This document shows positions 18,747 to 28,651 of a stretch of 64,000 nt of DNA, piece after piece. The number at the start of each line of letters is the position of its first letter. Positions within the stretch are counted from its first letter, which is position 1. Both the position numbers and the translations under genes were made by a program. The notes beneath the pieces were generated by a model that saw only the letters and a program-made list of their open reading frames with translations, searched no databases and was not told the DNA's origin. Origin of the DNA: an uncultured bacterium (GTDB taxonomy: Bacteria; Omnitrophota; Omnitrophia; Omnitrophales; Aquincolibacteriaceae); the NCBI GenBank assembly GCA_964434115.1, contig CAYSSX010000006.1, positions 70,770 through 134,769 of the forward strand, read 5' to 3'.

Positions 18747-19678
18747 GCCACGTTTTCGGCCGGGCTTTTCTCGCGCTCTTTGTGCTGGCCACGGCCAACA
18801 TTCAGATGGGGGAAGATCCGCCGCATTACGGCCAGGCGTTTTCCCGGATTATTACGACAAGCAGTATGCGCCTTCAGGAAGCAGCGGAAAAAAGGCCGCT
18901 GAAGCTCAAAGCGATGAACGACGCACTTGTTTCTCTCGCGGGTGCAGCCAAAGGCATGGCCTCCCAAGGTGAGGAGGAGGGTGTTTTATCTGAACTGAGA
19001 AGCGCGCGGCAGCATTACTCCGAAGCCAGTTTTGCCTGGCTGCTGGAAGCTGTTTGGCTAAGCGCGCATGGACGCTCCGCTGAAGCGGATAAGGCCTTTG
19101 AATCTTTCCTCCTTTCAAGCCGGACTTATACGGAATTCGACAAGGCCTTTGTGGGCTGGGACGATTTTCACCTGGTTCGCAGGATTGTTTATGAGCTGCT
19201 TCAGAGCCGGGGAACTGTTTTTGAGGGCCGTGAAAAACAAATTCAGGTGCGCATTCCCTTTGAAGAACTTTTTCGTTATGTGCAAAGCCCTTCGCCGGAG
19301 GACAGGGCTATGAACATCCTTTTTATCTTTGTTCTCTTCGGCGGTTTGTTTTTCTTTTTTTTCGGATATCGAACCGGCCTTGATTTTGAAAGCCCCGTGG
19401 TGAAAAAGCTGACCTGGTTTTACGGTGTTTTCTGGTTTGCTTATGGAATCTGGTTCCTGGATCTGGCTTTTGAACTGCCTTTTGGCGGGTCGAGATTCCA
19501 ATTAGTGCCCGCGGTTTTGAGCGCTGCCGCGATCAGTTTTTTGGCCCAGACCCTTTATGAAATTTGGAAAAGCCGGAGGCAGCTGCTTGAGGCAGGCTAT
19601 CGCCGGTGTCCTCATTGTTCAGCGGTTATTTTAAAATTGAATGTGGAATGCCCGGAATGCCGCCGGGCGGTTTCTTAG
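18743..19678 (+). CDS. hypothetical membrane protein with periplasmic N-domain, ~3 TM helices and C-terminal CxxC-X12-CxxC zinc ribbon
   Basis: ATGA-coupled to the ABC ATPase gene. Signal peptide. Hydrophobic segments NILFIFVLFGGLFFFFFGY, LTWFYGVFWFAYGIWFLDLAF and VPAVLSAAAISFLAQTLY. Tail CPHCSAVILKLNVECPECRR. Confidence 0.5.
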   Translation: MSHVFGRAFLALFVLATANIQMGEDPPHYGQAFSRIITTSSMRLQEAAEKRPLKLKAMNDALVSLAGAAKGMASQGEEEGVLSELRSARQHYSEASFAWLLEAVWLSAHGRSAEADKAFESFLLSSRTYTEFDKAFVGWDDFHLVRRIVYELLQSRGTVFEGREKQIQVRIPFEELFRYVQSPSPEDRAMNILFIFVLFGGLFFFFFGYRTGLDFESPVVKKLTWFYGVFWFAYGIWFLDLAFELPFGGSRFQLVPAVLSAAAISFLAQTLYEIWKSRRQLLEAGYRRCPHCSAVILKLNVECPECRRAVS

Positions 19679-20220
19679 GAGATGCCGTGCGTTCGCTGAC
19701 GATCATGGTGTTTATATTCTGCACCGTTGTGGTGCTCTTTCAATTACGGTTGTTTCTGGAAAAAGAAACGGCACGTATCCATGCTCTCCGGCCTCCGGAA
19801 AGTTCGCTGCCCGCGCCAGACGAAAGCGCTTTTGATAAATTGATGTTACCGATCGTCCGGACCTGGAGCTATGAGGCTTTTAGAGAGGCGCTCGATCCGG
19901 AGATTAAGAATCAAATTCCGGAAAATGACCTCAAAATTTTGTTCCAGGGGATCGCTTATAAACTTGGCCCGCTTGTGTATTACAAGGGATCGAAGCGCGT
20001 TTCCGGCAGCAAGACCCGTCCATTACTCCGGGCAGAAGCTGTTTTCCTCCAGGGCGAAGCGGTGCTTGAAGTCGAGGCCGTGCAAAGCGCGGAGGCCATT
20101 TGGATCCGGAGTTTTGCGGTCGAATCGCCCAAGCTGGAAGGGGTCGAAAGCTTAGCTGAAGCCTCTTTCCAGGAAGGGCATTTTGATGCCGTGGAGTTCC
20201 GGCGGGGACTGACGGCTTGA
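19606..20220 (+). CDS. hypothetical protein with N-terminal TM anchor (start uncertain: 19606, 19648 or 19705)
   Basis: Overlaps the previous gene by up to 73 nt. TM segment IMVFIFCTVVVLFQLRLFL. No recognisable family. Confidence 0.4.
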   Translation: MSSLFSGYFKIECGMPGMPPGGFLGDAVRSLTIMVFIFCTVVVLFQLRLFLEKETARIHALRPPESSLPAPDESAFDKLMLPIVRTWSYEAFREALDPEIKNQIPENDLKILFQGIAYKLGPLVYYKGSKRVSGSKTRPLLRAEAVFLQGEAVLEVEAVQSAEAIWIRSFAVESPKLEGVESLAEASFQEGHFDAVEFRRGLTA

Positions 20221-20289
20221 AAAATCCCTTCCCGTTTCGGATGCATTGATTAGAATAGCGGCCGAAAACACTTAAACACAGGAGAAGTT

Positions 20290-20556
20290 ATGAAGTCCGA
20301 GCAGAACCCCCTTAGTTTCTATCCGTGGTTTCCTTACGCGCTGATGGTGATGGGGGTTATTCGTGCCGCCTGGGCCGCTTTTGCTTATCCTTCGGGTGCA
20401 GCCTTGGATGCCGCCATGTTTTTCAGGGTCGGAATCGGACTCTTTTATTTTTTCAGCGGCCTCCTTCTTTATCTTTTTAAGCCGCCTACCATCTGGGGCG
20501 GGGCGATTCTTTTTGCTGCGTTTTTCCTGGAAATGAATCAAATCGGATTTTATTAA
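20290..20556 (+). CDS. small hypothetical membrane protein (88 aa, 3 TM)
   Basis: AGGAGAAG SD 7 nt upstream of the ATG. Three hydrophobic helices. Confidence 0.4.
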   Translation: MKSEQNPLSFYPWFPYALMVMGVIRAAWAAFAYPSGAALDAAMFFRVGIGLFYFFSGLLLYLFKPPTIWGGAILFAAFFLEMNQIGFY

Positions 20557-20562
20557 AACCGC

Positions 20563-21096
20563 ATGAAACCCGCCCTTGATCAACTTCAGCTTTTTGCCAA
20601 GCAAGAGCTCGCCCGGATTTACGGAGAAACCGAGCATCAGGATTTATTTTTGATGCTTTCGGCAAAAGAAAAGCAGGGATTTTCCCGCATCACAGCGGAT
20701 GCTTTTGGCATGGAGTATCTGACGGCCAAGCTCGCCATGGCCTGTTTGGTTTGGGAGCATGAGTGCGCAGAAGCCGGTATCTTAGAAGAGGCCCATGCCA
20801 AAGTGCTCTTCCGGCAGATTATGGACGGCTTTCGTTCCCCCAAAATGATGGGATTGGCCACGGCTTTCAGCGATTACTATTATGCCTGCGGAACAGAACA
20901 GGACGATCCTCCTGCGGTTTTACTGGCCAAGCGGTTGTTAGGCCGTTTAGGACTTCAGCAGGGACTCCTTCATCAGGATATGGGCAGCGTGCCTTTTGTT
21001 TTTCAGATCCTTCTGGAGACGCTGGAAGGGTTTCGTGCTGCTTTCGAAAACCAATGCCTGGAGTTTTTTGTTGCCGGGACTGACTCGGCTTCTTAG
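20563..21096 (+). CDS. hypothetical cytoplasmic protein (177 aa)
   Basis: The ATG follows the previous stop by 6 nt. No recognisable motifs. Confidence 0.45.
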   Translation: MKPALDQLQLFAKQELARIYGETEHQDLFLMLSAKEKQGFSRITADAFGMEYLTAKLAMACLVWEHECAEAGILEEAHAKVLFRQIMDGFRSPKMMGLATAFSDYYYACGTEQDDPPAVLLAKRLLGRLGLQQGLLHQDMGSVPFVFQILLETLEGFRAAFENQCLEFFVAGTDSAS

Positions 21097-21180
21097 GTGA
21101 AACCCTCAAGAAGTCCTTTAAGCGGCGCCGGAATTCCTTTATAATCACGCCAAATCCAACCGGTTTATCCCAAAGACGAG

Positions 21181-23850
21181 ATGTCTCAGCCTATCCTTAC
21201 AACAGAATCAGAGCCTAAACTTACGCCCATGATGGAGCAGTACCGCTCCATCAAGAAAACCCTACCTCCCAATACCCTTCTTTTTTTCCGCCTCGGCGAT
21301 TTTTATGAAATGTTTTTTGATGACGCGGTGAAGGCTTCCGAGATACTCAATATTACGCTGACGGGAAGGGAAGGCGGCGAAGCGGGACGCATTCCCATGT
21401 GCGGCGTTCCCTACCATTCCAGCCAGGGGTATGTCCGGACGCTGATCGAACACAATCTTAAAGTGGCGATCTGTGACCAGGTGGGGGAAGCCAAGCCGGG
21501 CAAGGGGCTTGTGGACCGTCAGATTTCACGGATTATTTCTCCCGCAACTTACCTTGAAGATGAAGAGCGTGGAAGAAGCCCCGATTATTTGACCGCGCTT
21601 GTGCGGAAAGGGGATCTTTGGGCGGCGGCTTATCTGGAATTAAGCACCGGAGAATTTTATGTCCGTCAATTTCCGGCGGACAGGGTTTTGGGAGAACTGA
21701 TGCTTCTCCAGCCGCGCGAAGTGGTTTTGCCTTCAGCTTTGAAAGACGACGCGGCCCTTGTGGATTTTATGAAAAAGGGACTCGGGGCCAGCGTGACTGT
21801 TTATGATGACTGGATTTTTGAAAAGCCTGAAGCGATTCGTCTGATTCAGGAAGGCTTCCGGTTTATTTCCGAAAAAAGCATTCCCTTTCACGATCAGGAG
21901 CTTGCGGTGATCGCCGCTGGAGCCGTGCTCTATTATCTCCGCGATCATCTTCACCGGGATCTCAGCCACATTCAGCCGCCTATTCTGCTGGATTCTCAGG
22001 AAAGCATGTCGCTTGAACGCACGGCGCAAAAGAGCCTTGAGATTGTGACCACGCAGCAAGGCAAAAAAGGTCCTGAGACCCTCTTGGGTACGGTTGATCA
22101 AACTTTGACTTCGATGGGTGCCCGGACGCTTTATCAATGGGTTACGCATCCGCTTCTTTCCGTTTCCGCCATCCAAACCCGGCAGAATGCCGTAAGCGAG
22201 CTCCTTGAAAAAAATCCGATGACCCATGCGCTCCGCGAGCTTCTCCGCGGGGTGAAGGACGTGGAACGGACTTTGAGCCGCCTTAACTATGGGGTCGCGA
22301 ATGCTCGTGATCTCGTTAACTTGCGTTTGTTTCTCTCCCGTGTTCCTGATCTTCAAAAAACGCTGTCCCAGGCGTCAAGCCAGGAGATCCAGTCGATCTT
22401 GAAAGCGCTCGTGACGTTTCCTGAAATCGAGTCATTGATCGCCCGGGCGATTGTGGATGAACCGCCTTTATCTTTACGTGAAGGCGGGCTTATTCAGAAC
22501 GGCTATAATCCTGAACTTGATGAGCTTCGGGAAATTTCCCAGAAAGGGAAATCCTGGATTCTGGAGTTTCAGCAGCGGGAAATCGAACGAACCGGCATTA
22601 AAAACCTTCGGGTGAAATATTCGCAGGTCTTTGGCTATACGCTGGAAATCAGTAAAGGGAATCTGCAGAACGTACCGGAGGATTATATCCGCAAACAGAC
22701 CCTTGCGAACGCGGAGCGGTTTATTGTTCCTGAGCTGAAGTCCTGGGATGAGAAAATTTCAGGCGCCCAGGATAAGATCAAGGCCCTTGAGTATCAGCTT
22801 TTCAATGAAATCAGGGAACAGATTCTGAAAGAGATTTCGCGGCTTCAGTCCATGTCGCGCGCGGTGGGGCATCTTGACGCTTTGATTTCTCTTGCCATGA
22901 CGGCGCTGGCCAAGCGCTGGGTCAAGCCGACTATTGTTGAAACCGGCGAACTTATGATCGAAGGGGGCCGCCACCCGGTGGTGGAAGCCATGCTCCCCGC
23001 TGGAAAATTTGTTGAGAACGATACCTTTCTGGACACCGCGGATAATCAGCTGGTCATTCTTACAGGGCCGAACATGGCCGGTAAATCGACGTATATCCGG
23101 CAGATCGGCCTGATTGTGATTCTGGCTCAAATGGGCTCCTATGTTCCGGCAAGAAGCGCGCGTGTTGGTTTGGTGGACCGCATCTTTACACGCATCGGGG
23201 CCAGTGATGACCTTGCGGCTGGAGAAAGCACGTTTATGGTTGAGATGGTGGAAACCGCGAATATTCTGCAGAAGTCGACTTCCCGGAGTTTGTTGATTCT
23301 GGATGAGGTGGGCAGAGGAACCTCGACTTTCGATGGTGTCAGTATTGCCTGGGCGATTTGTGAACACTTGATTCAGGGTGCCCATCGTCCGCGGACCTTG
23401 TTTGCGACGCACTATCATGAATTAACTCAGCTCGAAGAGCATTTTCCCAGCGTTAAGAATTACACCATCACGGTTAAGGAAACGCGGGACGATATTGTGT
23501 TTTTGAGAAAAGTTGTCCGCGGGGGAACGGACCGGAGTTACGGGATTCACGTGGCCCGCCTGGCGGGTCTTCCCAAAGCGGTCACGGAGCGAGCCCGGAA
23601 AATTCTGTCGATTCTTGAAAGTGAAAACACAGAAGCGACACAGATTATTGAAGGAAAAAAACAGAATCCGAAAACCGCCAAGGCTGCGGAGCAGCCGTCC
23701 CTTTTTGACTTTGCGGCCAAACCGCACCCGATCCTTGATGAGCTCCGGACGCTTTCACTTGACGGGCTCACCCCGCTTCAGGCCTTGAACAAACTTGCAG
23801 AGTGGAAAGACCGAGTGGACCCTTCCAAAGGAGATTCTTCATGGGCGTAA
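21181..23850 (+). CDS. mutS: DNA mismatch repair protein MutS
   Basis: MutS domain I (FFRLGDFYEMFFDDA). Walker A GPNMAGKST. MutS signature STFMVEM and DEVGRGTSTFDG. 889 aa. Confidence 0.95.
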   Translation: MSQPILTTESEPKLTPMMEQYRSIKKTLPPNTLLFFRLGDFYEMFFDDAVKASEILNITLTGREGGEAGRIPMCGVPYHSSQGYVRTLIEHNLKVAICDQVGEAKPGKGLVDRQISRIISPATYLEDEERGRSPDYLTALVRKGDLWAAAYLELSTGEFYVRQFPADRVLGELMLLQPREVVLPSALKDDAALVDFMKKGLGASVTVYDDWIFEKPEAIRLIQEGFRFISEKSIPFHDQELAVIAAGAVLYYLRDHLHRDLSHIQPPILLDSQESMSLERTAQKSLEIVTTQQGKKGPETLLGTVDQTLTSMGARTLYQWVTHPLLSVSAIQTRQNAVSELLEKNPMTHALRELLRGVKDVERTLSRLNYGVANARDLVNLRLFLSRVPDLQKTLSQASSQEIQSILKALVTFPEIESLIARAIVDEPPLSLREGGLIQNGYNPELDELREISQKGKSWILEFQQREIERTGIKNLRVKYSQVFGYTLEISKGNLQNVPEDYIRKQTLANAERFIVPELKSWDEKISGAQDKIKALEYQLFNEIREQILKEISRLQSMSRAVGHLDALISLAMTALAKRWVKPTIVETGELMIEGGRHPVVEAMLPAGKFVENDTFLDTADNQLVILTGPNMAGKSTYIRQIGLIVILAQMGSYVPARSARVGLVDRIFTRIGASDDLAAGESTFMVEMVETANILQKSTSRSLLILDEVGRGTSTFDGVSIAWAICEHLIQGAHRPRTLFATHYHELTQLEEHFPSVKNYTITVKETRDDIVFLRKVVRGGTDRSYGIHVARLAGLPKAVTERARKILSILESENTEATQIIEGKKQNPKTAKAAEQPSLFDFAAKPHPILDELRTLSLDGLTPLQALNKLAEWKDRVDPSKGDSSWA

Positions 23851-25643
23851 TCCAGGTGCTTCCGGAGCAATTAGCCAACAAAATCGCGGCCGGAGAAGTG
23901 ATTGAGCGGCCGAGTTCCATTGTCAAAGAACTCATTGAAAACGCCCTTGATGCCGGAGCCACTTCTGTGGAAGTAGAGATCAATCATGGCGGCCGCAGTT
24001 TGATCCGCGTCGCCGACAATGGCAGCGGTATGGCGCCGGATGACGCCGAACTGGCCTTTCGCCGCCACGCAACAAGTAAAATCAAGAAGGATTCTGATCT
24101 TGAATCTATTCTCTCTTTTGGGTTTAGAGGAGAAGCCTTACCCAGTATGGCCGCCGTGTCCCGGCTGAGTCTTGTCACACGTACTCAGGATGCGCCTGCC
24201 GGTGTTTCTGTGACCATCGAAGGGGGGCACGTTTCGGGGGTTAAGGAAAGCCCCTGCGCTCCAGGGACTTCGATTGAAGTCCGGGATCTTTTTTTTAATA
24301 CGCCGGCGCGCAGGAAATTTCTCAGGACAGACTCCACAGAGCTTGGGCATGTCATGGATGTTGTGTCTCATTTTGCTCTTGCCAACCCCCAGCTTCGTAT
24401 CAAGTTCAAATCTTCCGGTAAAACGGTACTGGACCTTTTGCCCGTGCCGGATTTTAAGGCGCGCGCTGAGGCTGTTCTGGGAGCGGAAACAGCGAAACAC
24501 CTTGTTTATTTTGAAGAGGAGGCCGCCGGACTTAAAGTCGCCGGTCTCGCGGGAAAACCTTTTGTCGCAAGAGCCAACCGCACAGGACAAACTTTTTTTG
24601 TGAACCGGCGCTGGGTCAAATCACCAGGACTCGCTTATGCCGTTCAGGCTGGCTATCACGGGCTGCTTATGCACGGCCAATTCCCATTGGCCGTTGTTTT
24701 CATCACCGTCGATCCTGAACGGGTGGATGTGAATGTGCACCCTACGAAACAGGAAGTTCGTATTTCGAATGAAGCGGAAATCAAATCCCTGCTTAAAAGG
24801 GCCGTGACGCAAGCCCTTCAGAAAGAAGGCGATCTGACACCGTCTTTGAAACCCTTTCGAGAAGCACCGCCCGTTTTTGGAAGCCCGTCAAGCTCAGCAG
24901 GTTTTCCGAAAGTAGAGAATCCCTACGATGCCTTTTACAAGCAGACAGGTTCTCCGGCCGCCGTTTCCGAAGGATCTCAGCCTGTGGAAGAAAACCCTCT
25001 TCCTTATGCGAAACCGGCCGAAGTGGTACCCCAGGAACTTCCGGTTTCGGCGGGGCACCCTCTGGGTATTACCAAAATTCTGGGTCAGATCCACCACACT
25101 TTTATTGCTGCGGAAACCGAAGAGGGCTTCCTTCTGATGGATCAGCATGCGGCGCATGAACGGGTGATGTTCGAAGTGCTGCTGAAAAATTTCAAAAGCG
25201 GCCGGCCCGCCAAGCAGTCCCTTCTCATGGACGAAATCCTCGAACTTCACCCAAGACAGGTAGAGCTTCTGAAAAGCGCTTTGCCGGTCCTTCTCAAAAT
25301 CGGTTTTGAAATTGAGGAGTTCGGTGAGCGTGCTTTTGTGGTCCGTGCGTTTCCTGCGATTTTAGAAGGGGAGAATCCGCTGGAGTTCCTTAAGACCTTT
25401 GTGGAAGAACGCGAAGACGGAATGATGGACACCCGCCTTGAACAGCATGAGGAAACAGTGGCTGCCTTGATGGCGTGTAAGCGCCGTTCGGTGAAAGCCC
25501 ATGACGTTCTGACGATGACTCAAATGCAGGCTTTGATCGAGAGATTGGGGCACTGCGAAAATCCTTACTCATGCCCCCATGGAAGACCCACCTTCTTCAA
25601 AAAGACTTTCTTGGAACTCGAAAAGCAGTTCAAAAGAAAGTAG
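23841..25643 (+). CDS. mutL: DNA mismatch repair protein MutL
   Basis: ATG at 23841 with AAAGGAG upstream, overlapping the mutS end by 10 nt. GHKL ATPase motifs ELIENALDAGAT and DNGSGM. C-terminal dimerisation domain. The endonuclease motif was not checked. Confidence 0.95.
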   Translation: MGVIQVLPEQLANKIAAGEVIERPSSIVKELIENALDAGATSVEVEINHGGRSLIRVADNGSGMAPDDAELAFRRHATSKIKKDSDLESILSFGFRGEALPSMAAVSRLSLVTRTQDAPAGVSVTIEGGHVSGVKESPCAPGTSIEVRDLFFNTPARRKFLRTDSTELGHVMDVVSHFALANPQLRIKFKSSGKTVLDLLPVPDFKARAEAVLGAETAKHLVYFEEEAAGLKVAGLAGKPFVARANRTGQTFFVNRRWVKSPGLAYAVQAGYHGLLMHGQFPLAVVFITVDPERVDVNVHPTKQEVRISNEAEIKSLLKRAVTQALQKEGDLTPSLKPFREAPPVFGSPSSSAGFPKVENPYDAFYKQTGSPAAVSEGSQPVEENPLPYAKPAEVVPQELPVSAGHPLGITKILGQIHHTFIAAETEEGFLLMDQHAAHERVMFEVLLKNFKSGRPAKQSLLMDEILELHPRQVELLKSALPVLLKIGFEIEEFGERAFVVRAFPAILEGENPLEFLKTFVEEREDGMMDTRLEQHEETVAALMACKRRSVKAHDVLTMTQMQALIERLGHCENPYSCPHGRPTFFKKTFLELEKQFKRK

Positions 25644-25661
25644 CGGGCCGGACGCGCAGGA

Positions 25662-26105
25662 TTATTTTTTTACAGGGTTGTTGATAATGCCAAGACCTGA
25701 GCAAGTCACATCGTGGCGGCCGATGACACCATACAGAACACTCTGATCTTCGTTCATCACGGGAATCGTGTGAATGTTTTTATCGATCATGAGGCTGACG
25801 ACAACTTCGATCGGCGTGTCCGGGAGGACGCTGTAGAATTTGCGGGTGTAAATTTCTTTCACAGTCATGGTTTTTTTGCTGAACATGAAAGCAGAAAACC
25901 AGCTGCCTTTGCCGCCGACCCGGCGGGCAATATTCATAACGTTGAAAAGATCGCTGACGGTGACGATGCCGCACACCCGGTTGCTTTCATCCACTACCGG
26001 AACGCCGCCGATTCGTTTTTCGCGGAGTTGAAGGGCAAGATCCGTGACGAGCATTTCTTTCGTCGCGACCATCTCTGTGGCGGTCATCAATTCCTTGGCA
26101 AGCAT
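25662..26105 (-). CDS. CBS-pair domain protein
   Basis: Two CBS motifs (GGVPVVDESNRVCGIVTVSDL and HTIPVMNEDQSVLYGVIGRHDV). 147 aa. Confidence 0.8.
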   Translation of the reverse strand: MLAKELMTATEMVATKEMLVTDLALQLREKRIGGVPVVDESNRVCGIVTVSDLFNVMNIARRVGGKGSWFSAFMFSKKTMTVKEIYTRKFYSVLPDTPIEVVVSLMIDKNIHTIPVMNEDQSVLYGVIGRHDVTCSGLGIINNPVKK

Positions 26106-26327
26106 AGGTTCTCCTTTGCTTCTGAAAAAAGACTAAAAGACTACGGTATCAAGACTTCCATTCCCATTCCTGCTTTATAATGTACTTGATAATAATCGGC
26201 AGAACAACCCCCGGCCTTAGTGAGAAAAATAATAGTCTTTGAACGTATTTGACAAGGCCCGGGTTCTGCCTCTATTCTTTTGAGGCATCCTTAAACTTTC
26301 AGATCTTAAATTCTGCCTGGAGCGGGT

Positions 26328-26723
26328 ATGACTAAGAAGAAAATACTGGTCGCCGACGACGAGAAAATGATCCTGAAGGTGATAGAAAGCCGCCTTAAAG
26401 CCAATCATTATGATGTGGTGACCGCAGAGGATGGCGAAATTGCTCTGGAAAAGGTTTTTAAAAGCAAGCCTGACCTCATCATTTTAGACCTGGCCATGCC
26501 TAAAAAGAATGGTTATCAGGTCAGTGCTGAACTTCGGAAGAACCCGGAAACGAAAGATATCCCCATTATCATTTTAAGCGCCTGGGTTCGTGATAAAGCC
26601 GGCGAGAACACTGCAGTAGCGGATCTTTATATCAATAAACCTTTTGAAGCCGAGCATTTGCTGGCAAGCATTAAAATGCTTCTTGAAACACCTTCAAAGC
26701 TGCCCAAACCCAACGTTTCCTGA
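26328..26723 (+). CDS. single-domain response regulator (CheY-like receiver)
   Basis: KKILVADDE acidic pocket. Phospho-acceptor Asp in IILDLAMP. Conserved Lys in LYINKPF. 131 aa. Confidence 0.8.
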   Translation: MTKKKILVADDEKMILKVIESRLKANHYDVVTAEDGEIALEKVFKSKPDLIILDLAMPKKNGYQVSAELRKNPETKDIPIIILSAWVRDKAGENTAVADLYINKPFEAEHLLASIKMLLETPSKLPKPNVS

Positions 26724-26756
26724 CTTCCATTTCCCCCATAGCCTTAGGAGTTCCAA

Positions 26757-28304
26757 GTGTTTTCAGATTCTGACCGTAAGCAAATAGAAGCGCATGGCTT
26801 GTCTGAGAAAGCTGTTTCCAGTCAGGTTGAAGTTTTTAAAAAAGGATTTCCCTTTATGAAGCTGGTCCGGCCCTGTACTTCCGGGGATGGTATTGAACCA
26901 TGCCCTGAGAAAGTCCCGGACTCCTGGAAAGCCCGCCTGGAGGAAGCCCGCCAAAAGGGACGCTTCTCTGTTTTTGTTCCGGCTTCGGGAGCGGCCACCC
27001 GCATGTTCAAAGCCCCGCTTGCTGTTTATCATCAGGACAAAAATCAAACCGGAAAAGCTCTGCCGCCCTCGGAGGAAGGGCTTTCCGCGGATGAGAAAGA
27101 CGTTTTTAAAACATTCCTGAGGATTCAGAATTTTGCTTTCTGGGAGTCTCTTGAAAAAGCCCTTTCCGAGCGAGGGGAAAATGTCCCGGAGCTTCTTAAA
27201 AACCGGCGGCACGTGCCTCTTTTAGAAACCCTTTTGATGAAACCCGGACTCGGGTACTCTGAACTGCCCAAAGGCCTTCTCTTATTTCACCGGTACCCCG
27301 GGGGGAGCCGGACATCTTTTGAGGAACACCTTTGGGAGGCGCTGCTTTATGCGGCAGATCGTAAAGGCACGGTCAAAATGCATTTGACCGTGTCGGTTGA
27401 GCACGAGGTCCTTTTTCGCCGTGAGCTTGCGGCTTTTAGCCCGGCTCTCCAGGCGGCAGGGGCCAAACTCGAAGTCAGTTTTTCAAACCAAAAGCCTTCG
27501 ACCGATACCGTTGCGGTGGACTCTGAGAACCGCTTGTTTCGAGGCGGAGATGGCAAACTTGTCTTTAGGCCCGCGGGACATGGGGCCCTGCTTGAGAACC
27601 TTCAGGAGTTCGCTCCTGATATTGTTTTCATCAAAAACATCGACAACATTCAGCCGGACGCCAGAAAAAAGCGTGTGGTGGAGACTCAAGAAATGCTTGC
27701 CGGCTTTCTTCTCGAAAAGCAAGAGAGGATCTTTAAAGCCCTGGAACGTCTTGAAGGGGGAGACCGAAGCGATGACTTGATCAAGAGCCTGCAGGAGTTT
27801 GTGCGTTCCGAAATCGGGGTTGAGGTTCCCTTGGGTGAAAGCGCTGAAAAAACAAGCAGGGTTTTATTCGATCTTTTGAACAGGCCGATCCGTGTGTGCG
27901 GCATGGTGAAAAACGAAGGAGAGCCCGGGGGAGGCCCTTTTTGGGTCTGCGATTCATCCGGTAAGGTCAGCCGGCAAATTGTCGAAAAGTCCCAGGTTAA
28001 TTTGAAAGACCCTGTTCAGCAGGCCCTTTTGGCAGCCGCGAGTCATTTTAATCCGGTGAATTTGGTCTGCGGAGTCCGGGATTTTAAAGGCCGGCCCTTC
28101 AATCTTTCGCGCTATGTGGACCCTGAAACCGGTTTTATTTCTTCCAAATCAAAGGACGGCAAAAAACTGAAAGCGCTGGAACTTCCGGGCTTGTGGAATG
28201 GCGCCATGGCGCATTGGATGACCTATTTCGTCGAAACACCGGGGGAGACTTTTGCTCCTGTCAAAGAGTTAAATGATCTTTTGAGGCTTGAGCATCAGCC
28301 CTAA
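26757..28304 (+). CDS. DUF4301-like protein, putative sugar-nucleotide pyrophosphorylase-fold enzyme
   Basis: GTG start with TTAGGAG SD. N-terminus MFSDSDRKQIEAHGLSEKAVSSQVEVFKKGFPFMKL resembles the DUF4301 family start (from memory). PASGAATRMF resembles the UDPGP-type nucleotidyltransferase Gly-rich loop. Confidence 0.5.
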   Translation: MFSDSDRKQIEAHGLSEKAVSSQVEVFKKGFPFMKLVRPCTSGDGIEPCPEKVPDSWKARLEEARQKGRFSVFVPASGAATRMFKAPLAVYHQDKNQTGKALPPSEEGLSADEKDVFKTFLRIQNFAFWESLEKALSERGENVPELLKNRRHVPLLETLLMKPGLGYSELPKGLLLFHRYPGGSRTSFEEHLWEALLYAADRKGTVKMHLTVSVEHEVLFRRELAAFSPALQAAGAKLEVSFSNQKPSTDTVAVDSENRLFRGGDGKLVFRPAGHGALLENLQEFAPDIVFIKNIDNIQPDARKKRVVETQEMLAGFLLEKQERIFKALERLEGGDRSDDLIKSLQEFVRSEIGVEVPLGESAEKTSRVLFDLLNRPIRVCGMVKNEGEPGGGPFWVCDSSGKVSRQIVEKSQVNLKDPVQQALLAAASHFNPVNLVCGVRDFKGRPFNLSRYVDPETGFISSKSKDGKKLKALELPGLWNGAMAHWMTYFVETPGETFAPVKELNDLLRLEHQP

Positions 28305-28375
28305 AAGTTCGATAATCTTTGAAATGGTCAGGGTTCAGGGTTTCTCCACTCAGTTTCATATGGTAAACTAAAAGT

Positions 28376-28594
28376 ATGAGTTCTCCCAGCAACCTCAAAC
28401 AGAATTTACTGATGGCCCTTGGCGTTTGTGCTTTTGTCCATCTTTTCGTGACCCGCAGTATCCTGGTTTTTCTCCCTGCTTTTGCTGCAGTCCTATATGT
28501 GCTTTGGAAAAAAGGCGGCGGCCGCATGCAGGGTTTCGAAGAAGACGATCCCGCCGATTGGTGGAAAAAAGGCCAGAAATCAGGCGAGCAGTAG
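28376..28594 (+). CDS. small hypothetical membrane protein (72 aa, 2 TM)
   Basis: ATG start. Two hydrophobic helices and an acidic/basic tail. Confidence 0.35.
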   Translation: MSSPSNLKQNLLMALGVCAFVHLFVTRSILVFLPAFAAVLYVLWKKGGGRMQGFEEDDPADWWKKGQKSGEQ

Positions 28595-28614
28595 GTTTTT
28601 GCTGGCTTTTCGGC

Positions 28615-28643
28615 TTGGCCAATCTCAAAAATTCCCTTATAAC
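28615..28643 (+). promoter_or_regulatory. sigma70-like promoter TTGGCC-17-TATAAC for helicase gene
   Basis: -35 at 28615-28620 and -10 at 28638-28643 with a 17-nt spacer. The ATG at 28652 follows. Confidence 0.4.
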
Positions 28644-28651
28644 TCTTCCCT

